Shown piece after piece: positions 46,537 through 54,640 of a stretch of 54,640 bases of DNA. The stretch is from NCBI GenBank assembly GCA_964510025.1, contig CAZDZV010000011.1:1-54640 (forward strand), written 5' to 3'. Position numbers and translations under genes: made by a program. Position 1 is the stretch's first letter. The number at the start of each line of letters is the position of its first letter. A model generated the notes under the pieces. The model ran no database searches. It saw nothing but the letters and a program-made list of their open reading frames with translations, and had not been told where the DNA came from. The DNA is from an uncultured Methanosarcinales archaeon (GTDB lineage Archaea; Nanobdellota; Nanobdellia; Woesearchaeales; DATDXC01).

Positions 46537-47442
46537 CTACCCCCTGTAGATGACCATCAACAAGTAGCCGAGGTATAGCACCAGGAACAATACAGCTTCC
46601 CATCTGTCCAGCCTGTGCCTGGTCCCGCTGAACATAAATAAGAATAGCAGGATGGAAGCTGCCAATAGCACGATGAAATCAAGGTTAATGCCCATAGGCA
46701 CTGTGACAGGCGATATCATTGCGCTGATACCCATTATGAAGAATAGATTCAGGATGTTCGAACCGACAATGTTTCCCACAGAGATATCCATCTCCTTCCT
46801 GGCAACCGCAACAACTGATGTCACGAGTTCCGGGAGAGAGGTGCCTGCTGCGACTATTGTGGATGATATGAGGAATTCGCTAATGCCGATTTGCCTTGCA
46901 AACGATACTGCCCCATCCACCGTCAGCTTCCCTCCTAGAAGCAGGGCCGCCAAGCCCCCGACTATCAGGAGACCTAGGCTGGAATAATTTTCTTTGCTCC
47001 CTCCTTTAGGCGCTCTTTTCAGCAGCCTAAGGATATATAACAGGAATATGATGAAAAGGGAGATCAATATTGCTCCGTCAACCCTTGAAAGTATATTGTC
47101 TGACAGGATCCATAAGATAGCAGCACCCAGCAGAGCAAAAGGTATCTCCTTCCAGACTGTTGATTTTTTGACAACTATCGGTGTGATCGCTCCGGCTATA
47201 CCTAGGATCAGCAATATGTTCAATATGCTGCTGCCGACAATGTTGCCGTATGTTACTCCGGAATTTCCCGCGGCAAACACGTTCACCACAAGCTCAGGCA
47301 TAGAGGTGCCGAATGCTACCACCGTCAGCCCTATGACCAATGGGGATATCCCGAATTTTCTTGCCAGTGAAGCAGCCCCCCTTACAAGCCAGTCCGCTCC
47401 TTTGTACAGCAGGACAAGACCTGCCAATATATGGATTATCAT
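46537..47442 (-). CDS. Ca2+/Na+ antiporter (YrbG/CaCA family)
   Basis: AFGTSMPE...GNIVGS and AAGTSLPE...GNIVGSN alpha repeats. Confidence 0.94.
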   Translation of the reverse strand: MIIHILAGLVLLYKGADWLVRGAASLARKFGISPLVIGLTVVAFGTSMPELVVNVFAAGNSGVTYGNIVGSSILNILLILGIAGAITPIVVKKSTVWKEIPFALLGAAILWILSDNILSRVDGAILISLFIIFLLYILRLLKRAPKGGSKENYSSLGLLIVGGLAALLLGGKLTVDGAVSFARQIGISEFLISSTIVAAGTSLPELVTSVVAVARKEMDISVGNIVGSNILNLFFIMGISAMISPVTVPMGINLDFIVLLAASILLFLFMFSGTRHRLDRWEAVLFLVLYLGYLLMVIYRG

Positions 47443-47710
47443 CAGCTGCAGTTAGGTTGATATCTTTATTAATCTATCTGACTTATACGAAGAATAATGG
47501 AATAACCTTTCACGCAACCTACAAACTGGCAGGCAGTACACTGTTGTTTGGTATGCATGCAGGAAATAGCAGGATGACTAGCTGGATGACAACCAAAGCA
47601 CCCTTATATTGGCTTTGCTCAGCATTTCAGATGGCTCACAGGACCACACCTCAATGTAAAACAGTAACCCGCTTAAATTATCTCTTAGAGTGCTTTTCTG
47701 CTCAGCAGTA

Positions 47711-47935
47711 TCAGTTCCCGCATTCCCTTCTGTAATATGCCCATTCCTCACATTCGGTTCCATCAGGGAGGGTGCAGATAGCATATTGCCCAGCATCATT
47801 TTCTTCTGTTCTTAGTGTTCCGCCCTGTTCTTCGCAGTATACCGAGGCAGGGTTGGCCAACTGCTGTGCATCTTTTTGGTCAGAACACCCACTGAGAAAA
47901 AACAACAGTACAAGAACCAAGATTATCTTTTTCAT
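47711..47935 (-). CDS. DUF333-domain lipoprotein
   Basis: LSGC lipobox; LANPASVYCEEQGG...CTLPDGTECEEW. Confidence 0.9.
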   Translation of the reverse strand: MKKIILVLVLLFFLSGCSDQKDAQQLANPASVYCEEQGGTLRTEENDAGQYAICTLPDGTECEEWAYYRRECGN

Positions 47936-48020
47936 AATCTCACCTCTTTGCGAGAAAATAGCAGCACTGGTATATAAATGATTCGAAATACTTATATAAC
48001 AAGATAGGCTACACGATCCT

Positions 48021-48587
48021 ATGAGATACATCCTGCTTGTTTTGGTTATTTTTTTTCTTGCTTGCACCGCCCAGCTGACACTGGAGCAGGCAAAGCATAT
48101 AGCTGAACAGAGGATAATGCAGGATTACAATTACCGGGCATATGATGGTCATGGTCTATATCTTAAAGAAAGCAGGACCTTAGGCAGCGGCTATCATCTC
48201 ACTTACAGGTACGACATAACTGACGGTCCTGCAAATGTAGACTCAATCGAGGTATCCTTGATTGTCGAGGATGGCAGGGCATCTAACTATACCCATACAG
48301 AGCTGCTTGGCGCTGACAGCTATATTGTCTATTACACAGAGGGAGACATTGTATACAATCTAACCCAGACAAAGCCCACCCCCTGCCATGAGATAATCCT
48401 TGATGAGCAGATAATGGAATCCTACCCTGAGCAGATAAGGCTTGATATCCAGATACGAGATACAGGAGAGATATGCGCCCAGGTGATATCAGAAGAACAA
48501 CTTGACGGAAGGATATCATTAGGCCACAGGCCGGCATCTGTTGAGGTCAGGGTTAACGATAACAGGGTGTACTTTAAGCGCTGGTAA
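48021..48587 (+). CDS. Putative lipoprotein/secreted protein
   Basis: Signal peptide with FLAC; PTPC...ESYPEQ...ICAQVI domain. Confidence 0.75.
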   Translation: MRYILLVLVIFFLACTAQLTLEQAKHIAEQRIMQDYNYRAYDGHGLYLKESRTLGSGYHLTYRYDITDGPANVDSIEVSLIVEDGRASNYTHTELLGADSYIVYYTEGDIVYNLTQTKPTPCHEIILDEQIMESYPEQIRLDIQIRDTGEICAQVISEEQLDGRISLGHRPASVEVRVNDNRVYFKRW

Positions 48588-48930
48588 GCGCTTCGCTGTC
48601 CAGCTTGCTTTTTGCCTCATGGCATTCCTTGCATAGTGTCCTGAGATTTTTCTTTTCAAAATGTTCGCCCCCCATCCTTATAGGTATGATGTGGTCAACC
48701 TCAAGGTCTTTCTTCCTCTTTCCGCAGATGCTGCACCTGTAGTTGTCCCTTCTTAGGACATCCATCCTTACAATATGCCATGAATTTTTTCTGTTGAAAT
48801 CTTCCATACACCGTCTAGAGCAGTAATGCCTTCTTCCTTTTGCCACTTCGTTGTTGCAGTTCCTGCACAGCTTGTTGCCTTGCCTGTCAAACCTGTCAGC
48901 TGTATCGGATATTTTCGGATAGCGCCCCAT
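48574..48930 (-). CDS. HNH endonuclease with N-terminal Zn finger
   Basis: CRNC..YCSRRC; RDNYRCSICG, EVDHIIP, NLRTLCKECH. Confidence 0.92.
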   Translation of the reverse strand: MGRYPKISDTADRFDRQGNKLCRNCNNEVAKGRRHYCSRRCMEDFNRKNSWHIVRMDVLRRDNYRCSICGKRKKDLEVDHIIPIRMGGEHFEKKNLRTLCKECHEAKSKLDSEALTSA

Positions 48931-48969
48931 TACCAACTATGGGTTGCAGCATGTTTTAATAGTTGTCGT

Positions 48970-49758
48970 TTAGACAGCCTTCTGTAATATTAGCCATCTT
49001 TTTGGATTATGCAGCTCAAGCGAGATTGGTGTGTACCTTTGGAATATATCTGCCCCATAGTATTCCACTGTAGCTAGCTGTAATGGGATATCTTTGAAGG
49101 CCATATATCCGCCAGGCCTTAGAATTCTGTCTGCCCCTCTTATAACACCTTCTTTTCTGCTCTCATCGCAAAAACTGAATCCATTGTGTTCCATCACCGC
49201 ATCTACCTGTATATCTGGATATGGCGGCAGTAGCTGCTCAATAGCATCTATCCCTATCAGATCGTAAAAAGTTTTGGCAATATCTCTCAGCTCTGCCTGT
49301 GCTTCCGGCTTTGGAAAAAGCGTGTTCAGCTGCCTTACTCTTTCAACATCAATCCCTGCGAGAGATCTCTCCAGGCTTTCCAAAAAACCCTCGTTATATA
49401 GGAGCACAGTTCCATGGTTAAAATAATGTCTCTCCTGCTCTGCACCCCCTACTATGCTTTGATACGAATCATACATCTCAACCAGGTGCAGGAGAAGCTC
49501 ATAATCAGAACAGGCATCTATGGCATATACCTTGCCCGGCCCTGCCCGATGCTTAAGAAAAACAGGCAATGCAGGCAATCCCCACCCGAAGATCTCAGCT
49601 GCATCCTGGCCTTCATGAAGCAGGCCCACAACAGCTGCCAGGTCCTCAAATCTTTGGTGGAATCCCAGCTCTGCGCTTCTCCTTGACTCTTCCCTTTCAA
49701 ACCACTGTCGTTTCCATGGCTGTCCATCTCTTACATTCAGATATAATAGCCTCTTCAT
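48970..49758 (-). CDS. Divergent class I SAM-methyltransferase-like protein
   Basis: GPGKVYAID, RILRPGGY; motif I degenerate. Confidence 0.55.
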   Translation of the reverse strand: MKRLLYLNVRDGQPWKRQWFEREESRRSAELGFHQRFEDLAAVVGLLHEGQDAAEIFGWGLPALPVFLKHRAGPGKVYAIDACSDYELLLHLVEMYDSYQSIVGGAEQERHYFNHGTVLLYNEGFLESLERSLAGIDVERVRQLNTLFPKPEAQAELRDIAKTFYDLIGIDAIEQLLPPYPDIQVDAVMEHNGFSFCDESRKEGVIRGADRILRPGGYMAFKDIPLQLATVEYYGADIFQRYTPISLELHNPKRWLILQKAV

Positions 49759-49866
49759 GGAAACCAAACAATAATCATCTATTTATAAATCTTTCCATAA
49801 AGATACTACTCATAAGTGATTACCAATTCAACCATCTTTTAAAGAGCTAGAATCTACACCAGTACC

Positions 49867-50622
49867 CTAATGCCCATGCCCCGGGCCGATCATCGTCAGT
49901 GCTATAATCCCTATTCCCAGCAGTATTGCAATTACATGCAGTATTGTATCCTTAAGCTTGCATCTCCTATGAAGCTGCGGAACCAGGTTTGCTGCAGCAA
50001 TATAGATAAAATTGCCGGCTGCAAAAGGTATCATGAATTCCGTAAATCCATGGATGTTCCCTGCCAAGAATATCCCTGCTATCGTTCCGAGGATGGCTGT
50101 GGCAGCTGAAAGGAAATTAAATATCACAGCTTTTTTCTTTGACAAGCCTGAATACAGCAATATCCCGAAGTCCGCGATTTCCTGAGGTATCTCGTGCAAT
50201 ATTATTGAGATAGTAGCTGTGATCCCGATACCTGCATTCATAGCATATGCTCCGGCTATTATCAGCCCATCTATAAAATTATGTATTCCGTCCCCTGTGA
50301 GATTTACAGGCGCCAGGTTATATGCATGTCCATGCCCGCATTCTCCATCTTCGCATTTGCGGCTATGGTTGCAATGAACGAACTTCTCTAATATGAACAT
50401 GACCAAAAATCCCCCCAAGATATAGAAGGCCCCTGCTCTGGATTCATGCATCTCAGGCAGAAATTTCAGGAATACCGTGCTCAGCAAGACCCCTACCGAA
50501 AGGCTGAGCAGGAATAGAAGCACCTTGTCAGCTATCTTTTTTTTGAGAAGAAAAGGTATAGCAAAGACTATTGATATCGGACTGACCAGTATTACGCTAA
50601 AAATAGCCAGCAACACGTCCAT
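49867..50622 (-). CDS. ZIP family metal transporter
   Basis: GDGIHNFIDG, LHEIPQEIADF, His-rich loop. Confidence 0.94.
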   Translation of the reverse strand: MDVLLAIFSVILVSPISIVFAIPFLLKKKIADKVLLFLLSLSVGVLLSTVFLKFLPEMHESRAGAFYILGGFLVMFILEKFVHCNHSRKCEDGECGHGHAYNLAPVNLTGDGIHNFIDGLIIAGAYAMNAGIGITATISIILHEIPQEIADFGILLYSGLSKKKAVIFNFLSAATAILGTIAGIFLAGNIHGFTEFMIPFAAGNFIYIAAANLVPQLHRRCKLKDTILHVIAILLGIGIIALTMIGPGHGH

Positions 50623-50675
50623 GCCAACCTAAAGAACCACCATATTTATAAATCTTATTGATTTCCATTCTCATT

Positions 50676-51086
50676 ATGCCAAGAAAGTCCAGAAATACAA
50701 GACAGAAAGAGCTTATCCGATTAGCAATCGACCATACCACTGATTTCTTTTCAGCAGAAGACTTACAAAAAAAGCTGAAAAACATAAGTATAGCGACCAT
50801 CTACAGGTTCCTGAAAAAGATGCGAAAAGATAAGGAGATTTACTCATATCAGGGTAATAGCAGGCTTCTTTACTCTAAAGACAGGATAAGCCACTGCCAT
50901 TTTATCTGCCAGGAGACAGGAAAGGTGATACATTTTGATGTGGATTCTCTGGATTTCCTAAAGGACAAGATACCCGGAACAATCACCAGCTTCCAGATTG
51001 AGGTCAGGGGAAAGTGCAACAGGTGTCAGAAGCTGCCAAGCTCCACTCATGAATACCAATGTTCTCGTATCAAACCTGCTGACTGA
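50676..51086 (+). CDS. Fur/Zur family regulator divergent from the ZIP gene
   Basis: RNTRQK, FSAEDL, SIATIYRFL, HCHFIC, GKCNRC. Confidence 0.88.
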   Translation: MPRKSRNTRQKELIRLAIDHTTDFFSAEDLQKKLKNISIATIYRFLKKMRKDKEIYSYQGNSRLLYSKDRISHCHFICQETGKVIHFDVDSLDFLKDKIPGTITSFQIEVRGKCNRCQKLPSSTHEYQCSRIKPAD

Positions 51087-51258
51087 AATATCTTGTTTTT
51101 GGAACAGGCAGATGTCCTAGTATGGCCAGGTCCACATCTTGGCCAGAAGGTGAGTCAGCTCTTGGGCCTACAAGAACCAGCTGCTTATCCTGTGGATCCA
51201 TGCAACAATCTTGTTGACTGCACTAACTATGCCAGCAGCAGCTGTGGTGTGCAGCCGT

Positions 51259-52386
51259 TCATTTTTTGAAGAAAGCTTTCTTTATGTAAGGCCTTTTCAT
51301 CTTTCTTACCTCAAAGGACCTGTAGTCATCCATCACCCTTCGGAAATTATCATGGTCATACTCGCTTAGCAGGTTCACGACCTTGCCTTTTTCGCCTGCC
51401 CTTGCTGTCCTCCCTATCCTATGCACGTAATCAGTAGGGTCGCTGGGTATGTCATAGTTATAGATATGCGAAATCCCTTCGACATGCATGCCTCTTGCTG
51501 CAACATCCGTGCATACCAGGACCTGCTTATGGCCTTTCTTGAATACGTCAATAGCCTTGTTTCTCTTGTTCTGGGTATAGCCCCCATGCAGCGCAACTGC
51601 GTCTATTTTGTTTGCCCGAAGGTTTCTTACCACCATATCTACATTTCTTCTTGTATTGCAGAAGACCATTATCAGGTCAGATTCCTCATGCTCGATGAGG
51701 TGCAGCAGCAGCGAAAATTTCAGATGGGGCTTGATGTCGTAGTATGCCTGTTTCAGCTTCGAGGGATCCACATGCTTCGTGGCAGTCACCCTTACTGGGT
51801 TTTTCATGTAATTGTCCGCCAGCTTCTTAATCGCAGGCGGCAAAGTCGCTGAAAAGAACAATGTCTGCCTCTGCCTGGCGCATCCTCTTATGATGAATTC
51901 TATATCCTCTATGAAACCCATATCAAGCATCCTGTCTGCTTCATCCAAGACAAGCACCTTTATCTTGCTGAGGTCAACTGTCTTTCTCTGCATATGGTCC
52001 TTGAGCCTTCCAGGCGTAGCAACCACTACATCTGCTGTTCGTAGCTCATCTATCTGCGGATTGATGGAGACACCGCCGTATATGGAGACCATCTTCAGCC
52101 TCTTGTCCAGCTTTGTGATATCCTTCCTCACCTGGTCTGCAAGCTCCCTTGTAGGTGTGATGACCAGTCCCTGAAGGCCTTTTCCATGGGCCACATTGTG
52201 TATTATGCCCACACCAAAAGCAAGTGTCTTCCCAGAGCCTGTTGCAGATTCCCCCAGGATATCCTTTCCCTGCAGAATCAGAGGGATGCTCTTCTCCTGG
52301 ATTAGGGTCTGCTCTGTAAATCCAAATTCCTTTATGATGGTCTCCTTGATATCGTTCCGTAGGTTAGTCTTTTCAAAACTTCTCAT
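51259..52386 (-). CDS. DEAD-box RNA helicase
   Basis: ATGSGKT, PTRELA, TPGR, DEAD, SAT, HRIGRTAR. Confidence 0.96.
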   Translation of the reverse strand: MRSFEKTNLRNDIKETIIKEFGFTEQTLIQEKSIPLILQGKDILGESATGSGKTLAFGVGIIHNVAHGKGLQGLVITPTRELADQVRKDITKLDKRLKMVSIYGGVSINPQIDELRTADVVVATPGRLKDHMQRKTVDLSKIKVLVLDEADRMLDMGFIEDIEFIIRGCARQRQTLFFSATLPPAIKKLADNYMKNPVRVTATKHVDPSKLKQAYYDIKPHLKFSLLLHLIEHEESDLIMVFCNTRRNVDMVVRNLRANKIDAVALHGGYTQNKRNKAIDVFKKGHKQVLVCTDVAARGMHVEGISHIYNYDIPSDPTDYVHRIGRTARAGEKGKVVNLLSEYDHDNFRRVMDDYRSFEVRKMKRPYIKKAFFKK

Positions 52387-52445
52387 TTTTTGCACTTGTA
52401 TAGAAAAAGCGAAATGTATGAACAAGTGCTTTTTCCTAACTTTGT

Positions 52446-52637
52446 TTACGCTTTGCTTACTTTAACAGCTTTTGGGCCTCTGTCGCCCTGCTCCACTTCA
52501 AATTCAACTGCATCATTGTCAGCAATTGACACACCCTCTTTCAGGCCTGTCTGATGCACAAAATACTCTTTTCCGTCTTCTCCAGCGATGAATCCAAATC
52601 CTTTCATCCTGTTGAAAAATTTTACATTTCCTTTCAT
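52446..52637 (-). CDS. csp: Cold-shock protein (CspA family)
   Basis: GNVKFFN..KGFGFI, YFVH, GPKA; AAGGAGG RBS. Confidence 0.95.
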   Translation of the reverse strand: MKGNVKFFNRMKGFGFIAGEDGKEYFVHQTGLKEGVSIADNDAVEFEVEQGDRGPKAVKVSKA

Positions 52638-52705
52638 TTTTCCTCCTTAATCAGAAATAGCATAACGATGTCCTGATTATACAAGCAGGAAATGGCGCTT
52701 CCTTT

Positions 52706-53713
52706 TTAAATGTTTGCAAACTTTACAGGGACAGTTGTCCTATTGCCAAGAAATGCCTCTCTCGCTGGACGATCTGTCCTGAACAGCTCAAAATGGAGAT
52801 GCGGACCCCCTGAAAACCCGGTATTGCCTGAATATCCGATGATCTGTCCTTTCCTTACATCATCCCCAATCTTCACAACACTCCTGCTGATATGGGCATA
52901 TAACGTATATACGCCCCGATGCTTGATTATTATGGCATTTGTATATCTTTCAAAATCTCTCAGAGCAAGCTGCTCATCCCTGTATTTAGGGTCCATGACA
53001 TTCAGCGTAACACTGGAATCGTCTTTGGCATAGACGACCTTCCCTGCCCTGGCCGCAAATATCTTTGTACCAATAGGCACATTGAAGTCCCATGCATTCT
53101 TAATATAGTCAAATCTTCCGTCCTTATAGTTATGTTGTGTATGGACAGACATAGGATTCATGCCTAACCCAAGGATCTGGGCCCTAGGCACAGGCAGCAT
53201 ATAGCCTGATCTGTGGCTGGCAACTAACTGCATAAGCTTTAGCAATATCCTTCTCAGAAGCTGCGTTTCCTCTGTGCCTATTATCCATCCTTCCCTTTCT
53301 ATGAGACCAGCCAATCGGGCAATCTTTTGCTTTGTCCATTTTCCTGACCTGCATAGCTCTGACTGGGCCCTCAATATGACTAGCAGCTTCCTGATCACTT
53401 CATATAGACCTAGAAGCTCTTGCTTCAATTTAGCATCCCCGCCAGCCTGCTCTACCTTTTTTTCTGCAAACCTCTCCTCCCTTATTTCTTCCTCAGAAAG
53501 CCCTATCTCTTCGAAAATTATCTTGTTGATATCCCCTATAGCATTTAGAAGACTTTGGAACTCTTTCCTATTAAGCATCAATCCATCCAAAAGTTCCAGC
53601 TTTTGCCTGAATTTAGCCTTATGCTTCCTGAAAGCAGCAAGGAATCTGCCCATTTCAGTGCCTTCGAATAATCTATCAAAGCTTTCATCAGGTAAATTAG
53701 GGAACCTTGACAT
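52706..53713 (-). CDS. M23 family metallopeptidase with helical N-terminal domain
   Basis: NAWDFNVPIGTKIFAARAGKV, TLYAH, GQIIGYSGNTGFSGGPHLHFE. Confidence 0.9.
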   Translation of the reverse strand: MSRFPNLPDESFDRLFEGTEMGRFLAAFRKHKAKFRQKLELLDGLMLNRKEFQSLLNAIGDINKIIFEEIGLSEEEIREERFAEKKVEQAGGDAKLKQELLGLYEVIRKLLVILRAQSELCRSGKWTKQKIARLAGLIEREGWIIGTEETQLLRRILLKLMQLVASHRSGYMLPVPRAQILGLGMNPMSVHTQHNYKDGRFDYIKNAWDFNVPIGTKIFAARAGKVVYAKDDSSVTLNVMDPKYRDEQLALRDFERYTNAIIIKHRGVYTLYAHISRSVVKIGDDVRKGQIIGYSGNTGFSGGPHLHFELFRTDRPAREAFLGNRTTVPVKFANI

Positions 53714-53744
53714 ATTAGCTTGCTAGATTCAATTATATAAAAAC

Positions 53745-54521
53745 CTAATCATTATAGAACGAATTTACAGCAAAATAGCTTAACTCATACGGGGCCTTGA
53801 GCCCGGCTTCACCTGGCGGCACAAATCTTCTGGGCATGGCCTCCATAACGTCCCTGTAGCACCTCTCTACCTCTCCTTCGATATCCTGGAAGTCTGGATC
53901 CATATGGAATCTTGTGAACCTGAAGCTCCCATCCTCTGCAAATTCAACATCAAAATGCAGGATCCCTTCGGCATCTGTGTTTTGTCTTACTATATGGTCT
54001 ACAGAAGAGAGTTTTTCTTTGTTTTTTAGGAGCCAGAAATTACCGTGTAGCCTGAACAGTTCAGAATATGTTGTCTCATTTCTTTCTGCATATTCTTTTC
54101 TAAAATACTCAGATAGATCTCCATCTTCGACCACCTCATAATAGAAGTCCGCCCTCCTTTTGAGTGCTTCTTTGAGACCTTCGACAGCATCATGGAAATC
54201 ATCCAGCGTCTCATTTAATCTTCCTATCCTCTCTTTATGCTCCTCTATCATATCATCCAGCGTTCGCTGCCAATCCTGTTCAGCAGCTTCAGCCTCTAAA
54301 TTGCCTGGGTAAAGGTCCCTGGTCAAACCATCTCGATTTCCTGAATATCTAGAATTAGCTCTCATCTGCGCTGCCAGTTCTCCTGAATATACTAGCCTAA
54401 TATTGACTGGAGGCCTGTCAAAAGCCTTCTCTTCCTCCCTAAAAGCTGGAGCGCTTAATGCAAAGATACCTGCTAGCAAAGCATGTAAAACAACTGAAGC
54501 AGCATAGCAACGTTTCAACAT
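53745..54521 (-). CDS. Membrane-anchored protein with TonB/TolA-like architecture
   Basis: N-terminal TM with SVVLH; coiled coil; C-terminal FDVEFAEDGS...FVPP. Confidence 0.55.
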   Translation of the reverse strand: MLKRCYAASVVLHALLAGIFALSAPAFREEEKAFDRPPVNIRLVYSGELAAQMRANSRYSGNRDGLTRDLYPGNLEAEAAEQDWQRTLDDMIEEHKERIGRLNETLDDFHDAVEGLKEALKRRADFYYEVVEDGDLSEYFRKEYAERNETTYSELFRLHGNFWLLKNKEKLSSVDHIVRQNTDAEGILHFDVEFAEDGSFRFTRFHMDPDFQDIEGEVERCYRDVMEAMPRRFVPPGEAGLKAPYELSYFAVNSFYND

Positions 54522-54554
54522 TGCATTGCAAGAATACTCCGGATTATTTAAAGC

Positions 54555-54640
54555 TTAAGCATCGATCTCTATTGTTGCGTCCCTGTTCCCAGGTATGAAT
54601 ACCTTGCCCCCATATGCCAGGATCCTGGGTTTAGATGGAT
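54555..54640 (-). CDS. 3' end of a gene truncated by the window edge
   Basis: ...PSKPRILAYGGKVFIPGNRDATIEIDA*. Confidence 0.4.
   Translation of the reverse strand, partial: PSKPRILAYGGKVFIPGNRDATIEIDA

Noticed and set aside
47450..47710. 260-nt gap that could hold an ncRNA or pseudogene
   Set aside because: No convincing stem, motif or RBS found by eye
48574..48930. HNH gene as a mobile element or homing endonuclease
   Set aside because: No intron or intein context, terminal repeats or interrupted host gene
51087..51258. Spacer with short inverted repeat TGGCCAGG...CTTGGCCA
   Set aside because: Single short hairpin between convergent genes; at most a terminator or gene remnant
1..54640. 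CRISPR arrays, tRNA/rRNA genes, IS elements, integrases, reverse transcriptases, stop-codon recoding
   Set aside because: No repeat-spacer periodicity, cloverleaf or transposase/RT motifs seen; conserved genes end normally at TAA, TAG and TGA

Overview
Gene-dense archaeal chromosome segment. The informational genes are archaeal (type II MetAP, TFE, Pth2, Kae1, S19e/PDCD5/L39e/L31e, Cbf5, aIF5A-like, aIF2-gamma, S6e), with BRE/TATA promoters and GGAGG/GGTGA ribosome-binding sites. The compact layout and gene style suggest a DPANN, Woesearchaeota-like organism (inference). Among the housekeeping genes are: (i) a tightly coupled operon of an IMPase-fold protein with a broken catalytic motif (DPIDG->DPIKA), a TPR-Ser/Thr kinase and an intact IMPase; (ii) two putative peptidoglycan hydrolases (LysM-SleB-degenerate M15; M23), a TonB/TolA-like protein and a bacterial-type nagB-pgi unit; (iii) a histidine operon with no hisE but three HAD hydrolases and a doubly coupled 32-aa membrane peptide; (iv) three AbrB-PhoU regulators, one apparently starting with ACG; (v) an aIF5A homolog lacking the hypusine lysine, a CC1-like chromatin protein, several microproteins missed by the ORF track and candidate structured RNAs. 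I saw no tRNA, rRNA, CRISPR array or transposase. All family assignments come from motif reading by eye, not database searches.
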